A stretch of 52,709 bases of DNA, filler included, from Dirinaria sp. TL-2023a (lineage: Eukaryota): NCBI GenBank assembly GCA_051941275.1. It is 3 parts of 3 records of this genome, joined end to end, with 100 filler letters (N's around TTAATTAATTAA, not from the genome) between each part and the next. Parts side by side here need not be neighbours in the genome. Positions count along the whole stretch, not along the records: positions 35,267 to 52,709 come from JAVEBF010000428.1; 2 more parts are not named here. One strand, written 5' to 3'. Positions 47,401 through 52,709 of this stretch are shown here, in pieces (within the stretch, counting starts at the first letter, position 1; each line of letters starts with the position of its first letter). A program made the translations under genes and the position numbers. Under the pieces are notes generated by a model. That model was given only the letters and a program-made list of their open reading frames with translations, was not told where the DNA came from and ran no database searches.

Positions 47401-50400
47401 GACTTACTATTATATATCCTAGCAGCCTGCTATCGTCCTCTGCACAACTTCCCTCGGTGTAGCAGCTTTAAGAGCCTGCCTCAGTCCGTTCCCTTCTACC
47501 AACGCCTTTACTTCGGCTATACCTCACCTTCAATCATCACCAGTGAAACGATGTTCGCCGAACCAGGAACAGGATCTCCGTTGATCCCTGAGGTTTTGGA
47601 TCGTGGGAGACACGCTCACAGGCAATGGGTTCTTGTGTTGTGGTTGCGAGAATTGAAGCAAGCGGTTGGGAGATGGAAGGGGTTTTGGAGGGGGGGAGCG
47701 GCTCGTGTTTGCTGCTGCTGCTCTGGCTGTTGGTGGTGATTGAGGATGATGAGTTGATGGGTGGACGTACGGAGGTATGCACTGAGGAATTGAGACTGGC
47801 GGAAAAGCTGGAAAGTGTGATGGAGGACCAGATTATGGGTATGAGCTGTGTTGGGTATAGCTGTGACGGGAAGTTTGAAGTTGAAGGGGTGTTTACTTTG
47901 CTGCTGGACATGGCGGTGGGAGTGCTGAGTGGGTGGTATATATGTCATGTGGAAAGAGGAAGATAGGGGGAGATAGGACAGTGGAAAGCTGTAAGGAGAG
48001 ACTGTAGGAGAGAGCAGAGCGAACAGTGGGCAGCAATGGCGAGAGTTGGTAGTGGCTGCTGGATGACAAGAATGCAAAAGTGATTGGGGAGATCAGTGGT
48101 CACTCCGTGGAGGTTTTATAGACGAAGAAAGCGGTGCTGGTTATGAAAGGCAAACATGAGCTTGGTCCTCGGTCTGATGCCATGAGCCGGAGCTCGATCA
48201 TGAATTTCATGCTTGGTTTTAAAATACAGTTTTGCTGAGAGGAACAGCACTCCAATCTCTGCGGTGTAACTGCTCTGGGTTTGATTTTGCATGTTGTAGA
48301 GTATCTTCATTGCTTTTGTGCCTCAGGAGACAAGTGGAGAGTGGTGAAAATCACCCTGGGCGCGTGACTATTCAAGCCCGCCTTTTTGCATTTGATAGTA
48401 TGGGTCGTAGATATTCAAAGCTCAATGGTCTAGCGAACCGGTCGAATTATCCCCCGATCGAGTTTCGAAGTGATGCGCAGGATTGTTGGAAGGGCATGTA
48501 TTGGAGGTAATCTGAGACGCTGAAACAGCCATCATCGTAATGGCATAGGTCATAGTACTCAATACAGGAGTCGCTGGGTCTCTTAGGGGTCGAAAGCTCG
48601 AAGAACTTGCCAGGAGATCCTCTGCTTTCATGATAGCCTGGCATTGATGTGGACATATTTCAGAACTGTGACAACTTCGACGTATGCCATTTGGTTCAAC
48701 TGAACATCCATCTGGAGCATCCAATCGAATGGTTGAAAAAGACAGCACTTTGCCTTGTGATTCGCCTGAATGTAACTTGATCCAGTTCCAGAGGACCTGG
48801 GTTGAAAGCGTTCTAGACTGTGGCTAAGCGACGAAGAGAAAGTCTTATCCGTTATTTCTGGGCTCCTAAAGAGCAAGTAAGCAAATGTATCTTGGAAACT
48901 GGAAGAGAGATTGCGAGTAAAGACGCCTGTTCAACTTAGCTATTCTTCTGGCCCTGGAAAAGGTCATGCTGAAAGAGTGGGATGCGTTCAGTAAGTAATA
49001 TCAGGCTTGCATGCTGATTTGTATAAAGCTCATCCATCAAAAATAGAGAACATGTGGGTCTGAGTTCTAGGTCAATGCTCAGCTTCTGCTTCTAGAGTCC
49101 TGACAGGATAGTGCTGTATCTGGGTGATAACTCCCAAGGACATCACTGTGCTTTAGCACTGTTTGGATTCCTCAAATTACCCATCTGCTCGGGTATTTGA
49201 GAGCACGCTAAATATTAAATGTTGATCGTTTTGCATTCCGTTCTCACAATTTCTAAGCTTCTCATACTTTCTATACACTTGAGTCCATAACTTCAGCTTA
49301 TAAGAATAGCACTTAGCTTTGGAGTGAAATTGAAACTTTGACGCTGAATTTTCTGTGCATATCACCCGCCATGCTTCCCTCTTGGTAATGAAATTTTGCT
49401 CAATAATTCAAGGAACTAGCAATATACTGACAGGTTCTTAGATAATCCTGACAAGCACCCATAGCTCCAATCATTTCACGCATCGATCCAGATAATAATG
49501 AGCTCTCTGGTGCTTACCTCCTATCATCTCACTGACAGCCCCAAGATACTCAGACAGACATCGATCTTCTTCTATAAATGAAAGGCCGAACCCTTCTCCT
49601 TCAAGGCTCCAAAAATGAGACCCGAACTGTTTGTCCAGAGGCATAAAATGAACGCTTTTCAATGCAAGCTCACAGACGGATTCTCTGCCAAGAACTGGAC
49701 TTCCTCGTTAGCTTGGTCTATCGCCCTAGCCTCTACAGCACCCAAGACTCTGAAAAGCACCCTCAAAAAAGTATTATACAAGGAAATGGTAGCTACAAAT
49801 CCATTAGAAAATGAAGAAGGCCAAGCATTGAACAAAGTTTCGTGATCTACAGAATAAAAGCAAGCCAAATACGACCATCATATCAACGCCGCAGTCGGAT
49901 TCCAAGATTCAACTGTTGTAGAGCTCAGCTACACGCAGACTGTGCATTACAATACTGTCAAGATCCACAAAGCGGTATGGAGGACTTCAAAAACGCTATG
50001 TAGATGCTCAATCAGTCCATACTGTGCAATACGCGATACCCTTATCATTGGACAGTGAAGAAAAAACTGTAATGAAGATGCCAATGCGCATAGAAGATAC
50101 GGAAAATCAAGACTGCACTGGAAGCTTTCCTAAGCAACTGCAGCATAAAGAGTTGCAAATATAAGCTCCGTTCTCGGCTCACTGAGTCTATAGCAACGGT
50201 GTCTCGATATTCCCTTACAGTCTACTGGATCTTCCTGTCCATGTTCCCCTGTTGATGAAAGATAGCGACACAATCAATACCTCGGCAGGAGCGATTCCTA
50301 TATTGACACTCATCTTCGCTAGTTTACAGCACATCGCCAGATCTAACTTTGTGTCTAAAACCAAACCTCGTTCATCTCGGCACATACAATATGTTGATTG

Positions 50401-51616
50401 CTGCTTCTGTGAAGGAAATGAGATAGTCGGCATTCCCAGAGGAGCTTCAATGTGCTGTATAATCTCGCTTCATGCTGTGTTGGTCTCTTCATTTGGAATA
50501 GAAGGACGTATGACTGGTCGTGCCGTCAATCGAATCTATTTAAACCGCAGATTTTCTTAGACTTGCTCACATACCTGAATTGCATACCTACTCCCGCCAA
50601 ATCTTCTCTTGTCTCCAACATGATTTGCATGGTTCGTGCTATACTGGTCTTTATGTGTAAAGCATGTCTACCTCCAAAGTGGGCTTCCATTAAGCTCCTT
50701 ATCTTAATCTTGAACCCTTTGGTCCTTGATCATGAGTGATTTACGATGGATTCGTGACTTGAGGCCTCACATGGCCATGTGTCCAAATGGGCAAAATCTG
50801 TTAAACCACCCCTCATGACTCCAGAAGCAAACAATCCAGTCCGCCGAGCCATCTCGCATGACAAGGTAAGCAAGCCAGATGAGGAGACAAAGCAGCTCAG
50901 GTATAAAAATACTCACTCAGACCACAGACATACACCCATCTTATAGAGAGCCATGCATTCCCAAAGAGCCACATACATGCCCGAACTTCTATGATCGTCA
51001 CTTAATAGAGTCGTGCAGCCCAGATTCAAATCTGTACGAGAAGCCATAGCGTTGCGACCGCACTCTACTTGGAAGCTTTCCAAGGTGACTGCTAGTAGCG
51101 GAAACCATGTCAGCCTTCTTTCGCGCAGCCATTAGAAGATTGAAAAGGATCTCGACCTCCAGCAGCACGGCTGACCGCTGTTCCTATCTAACAAATCGAT
51201 TTCAAAAACAAGGACCAAGCATGCTTAGCTTACCAAGTCAGCGAGCTTACTCGTTCTTCGAGGAGGCTAGCAACACACAGACATCACTCGTCAACTCCCG
51301 CACTTCGTCAACCTACTCTGAAAACACACAGAAGCCTCATTCAGCGGGTGTTGCGGTCCAAGTGCTGCTATTCGCCCTTTTTTTGGTGATGGAGAAGTTC
51401 AAGTGTTGCAATGGTGTTATTGTGAGCCCCTACTTGAACTCGTGTCTAACTATATATACTTTTCTTCCTCCAACTCCAAGTTCAGCACCTCTGCTCGTAA
51501 CTGTTCTCTCAAGACTCCTGCTACATCAGCACTCGCCAACGACTGTAGGCAGAAGCGGCACCTCTCATATCTTCATTGATCATTTACTATTCTACATCTT
51601 TCTTCACTCGAGCAAC

Positions 51617-52709
51617 ATGTCTTGGACTGGGCCCTGGCAGCAGAATCCTGAGGTGATTGAGGCGAGCCGTAGCCACAGACTCCCCAATGACCCAGTGGAT
51701 TACAGTGAGATCTCCAAGCTTATCCTGTGGCATGTAAGCTAATTTTTGCAGCGGGGCCTCGCCGTGTTGGACGTACTGCTGACGATAGGACGTCGTTCAA
51801 GCCTGGGTATGCTCTGTGTGTTTCTGCACCTGAACAGTGTCTTGCTAACACAGTATAGACAAGCACATTGGCACAAGGAGAACCTGCCTGCCGTGAGTAA
51901 AGTTTCGACCATCATGTGATACCTGCTTACTCGCATACAGATCCTCTACCAGCTAAACCCCACGCGTGCATGGCTCGAGGTCAGAGACAAGAAGGCACCA
52001 AATATGTACAGAAACGGTGTCACGGTCAAAGAGCCGTACCCGGACGATCCAGAGCATCCCCGGGAAATGAAGGACCTGCCAATTCTGCCAGATCGAGTAA
52101 GTTTCCTCGGTGCTCTCTCATAACCAGCGTCCCTGACCCCCTTAGATTGGCACCCAAGAAGAGGAGTGGTACTTCGAGGCCATCCGCCGCCTCGACCCAC
52201 GAGTACGCTGGATCGATTTCGTCATGCGGATGAAGAAGGAGGACCGACCAGACACCAACGCCCTCCAATGGCGTCTTTCCCGTGGCTGGCGCGAGGCATT
52301 GTCATTGAAGTCCTGGCACCTCACGAGTGACCGCGGCAGAACCGGCAATGCTACCGCCAACAACCGCATCGATGCTCGTCTTTCGCAAAGACAGAGGGAC
52401 GACAATACGACCCGTGGAGCAACGCCGGGGTACATCGACCCCCATAACCGGAGTAGGGGGCCTAACAACGAGAACTGGGTGCCATGGCCAAAGAGCAGGA
52501 CAGGGAGGGAGTGGGGTATAGCACCGAAGACGGACTATGGCAGGAAGCCGCGCAAGGATGCGAAGAACAAGCGCAGGAGAACAGAATATCCAGCTACTGA
52601 AGGCCCAAGCAACATCTTGAAGCTACGTGGTGCGCAGCAGCAAATTAGCCAGGCGCCTTCAGTGCCTCCTGCAAACTCCACCGGAACATTGCTGCCGTCT
52701 TCCTTCCCA
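51617..52709 (+). CDS. Uncharacterised family paralogue C, 3'-partial; exons 51617-51704, 51752-51806, 51859-51892, 51941-52096, 52146 to window end
   Basis: QAHWHKENLPA-ILYQL, FEAIRRLDPRVRWIDFVMRM and NTTRGATPGYIDP; the frame stays open to the window edge. Confidence 0.75.

Noticed and set aside
51107..51616. N-terminal part of the 211-aa ORF as coding
   Set aside because: Similarity to paralogues A and B starts at the ATG at 51617; the upstream part looks like promoter/5' UTR (TATATA near 51451, pyrimidine-rich leader).

Overview
Eukaryotic DNA from a filamentous ascomycete, with short GT-AG introns. The gene content suggests a lichen-forming Lecanoromycete, which is my inference. Two identical 100-nt artificial spacers (44 N + TTAATTAATTAA + 44 N) cut the window into three segments whose adjacency is unproven. 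Segment 1 (1-17562) is the right arm of a macrophorin/yanuthone-type meroterpenoid cluster: 6-MSA synthase, MacJ-like membrane terpene cyclase, cupin, DHA2 MFS pump and 6-MSA decarboxylase. Its promoters share a TCTCGGCCG element, and an unrelated large UBC (E2) gene follows. Segment 2 (17663-35166) holds an orcinol depside-type NR-PKS (SAT-KS-AT-PT-ACP-ACP-TE, PKS16-like) divergent from a CYP682-like P450, a gene-poor stretch and a 5'-truncated Ayr1-like SDR. Segment 3 (35267-52709) is an accessory region with a small secreted protein, two internally repetitive hypothetical genes and three diverged paralogues of an unrecognised 5-exon gene family with identical 55-nt and 34-nt exons. All exon models were read manually from splice signals, and family names come from recalled motifs, not database searches.
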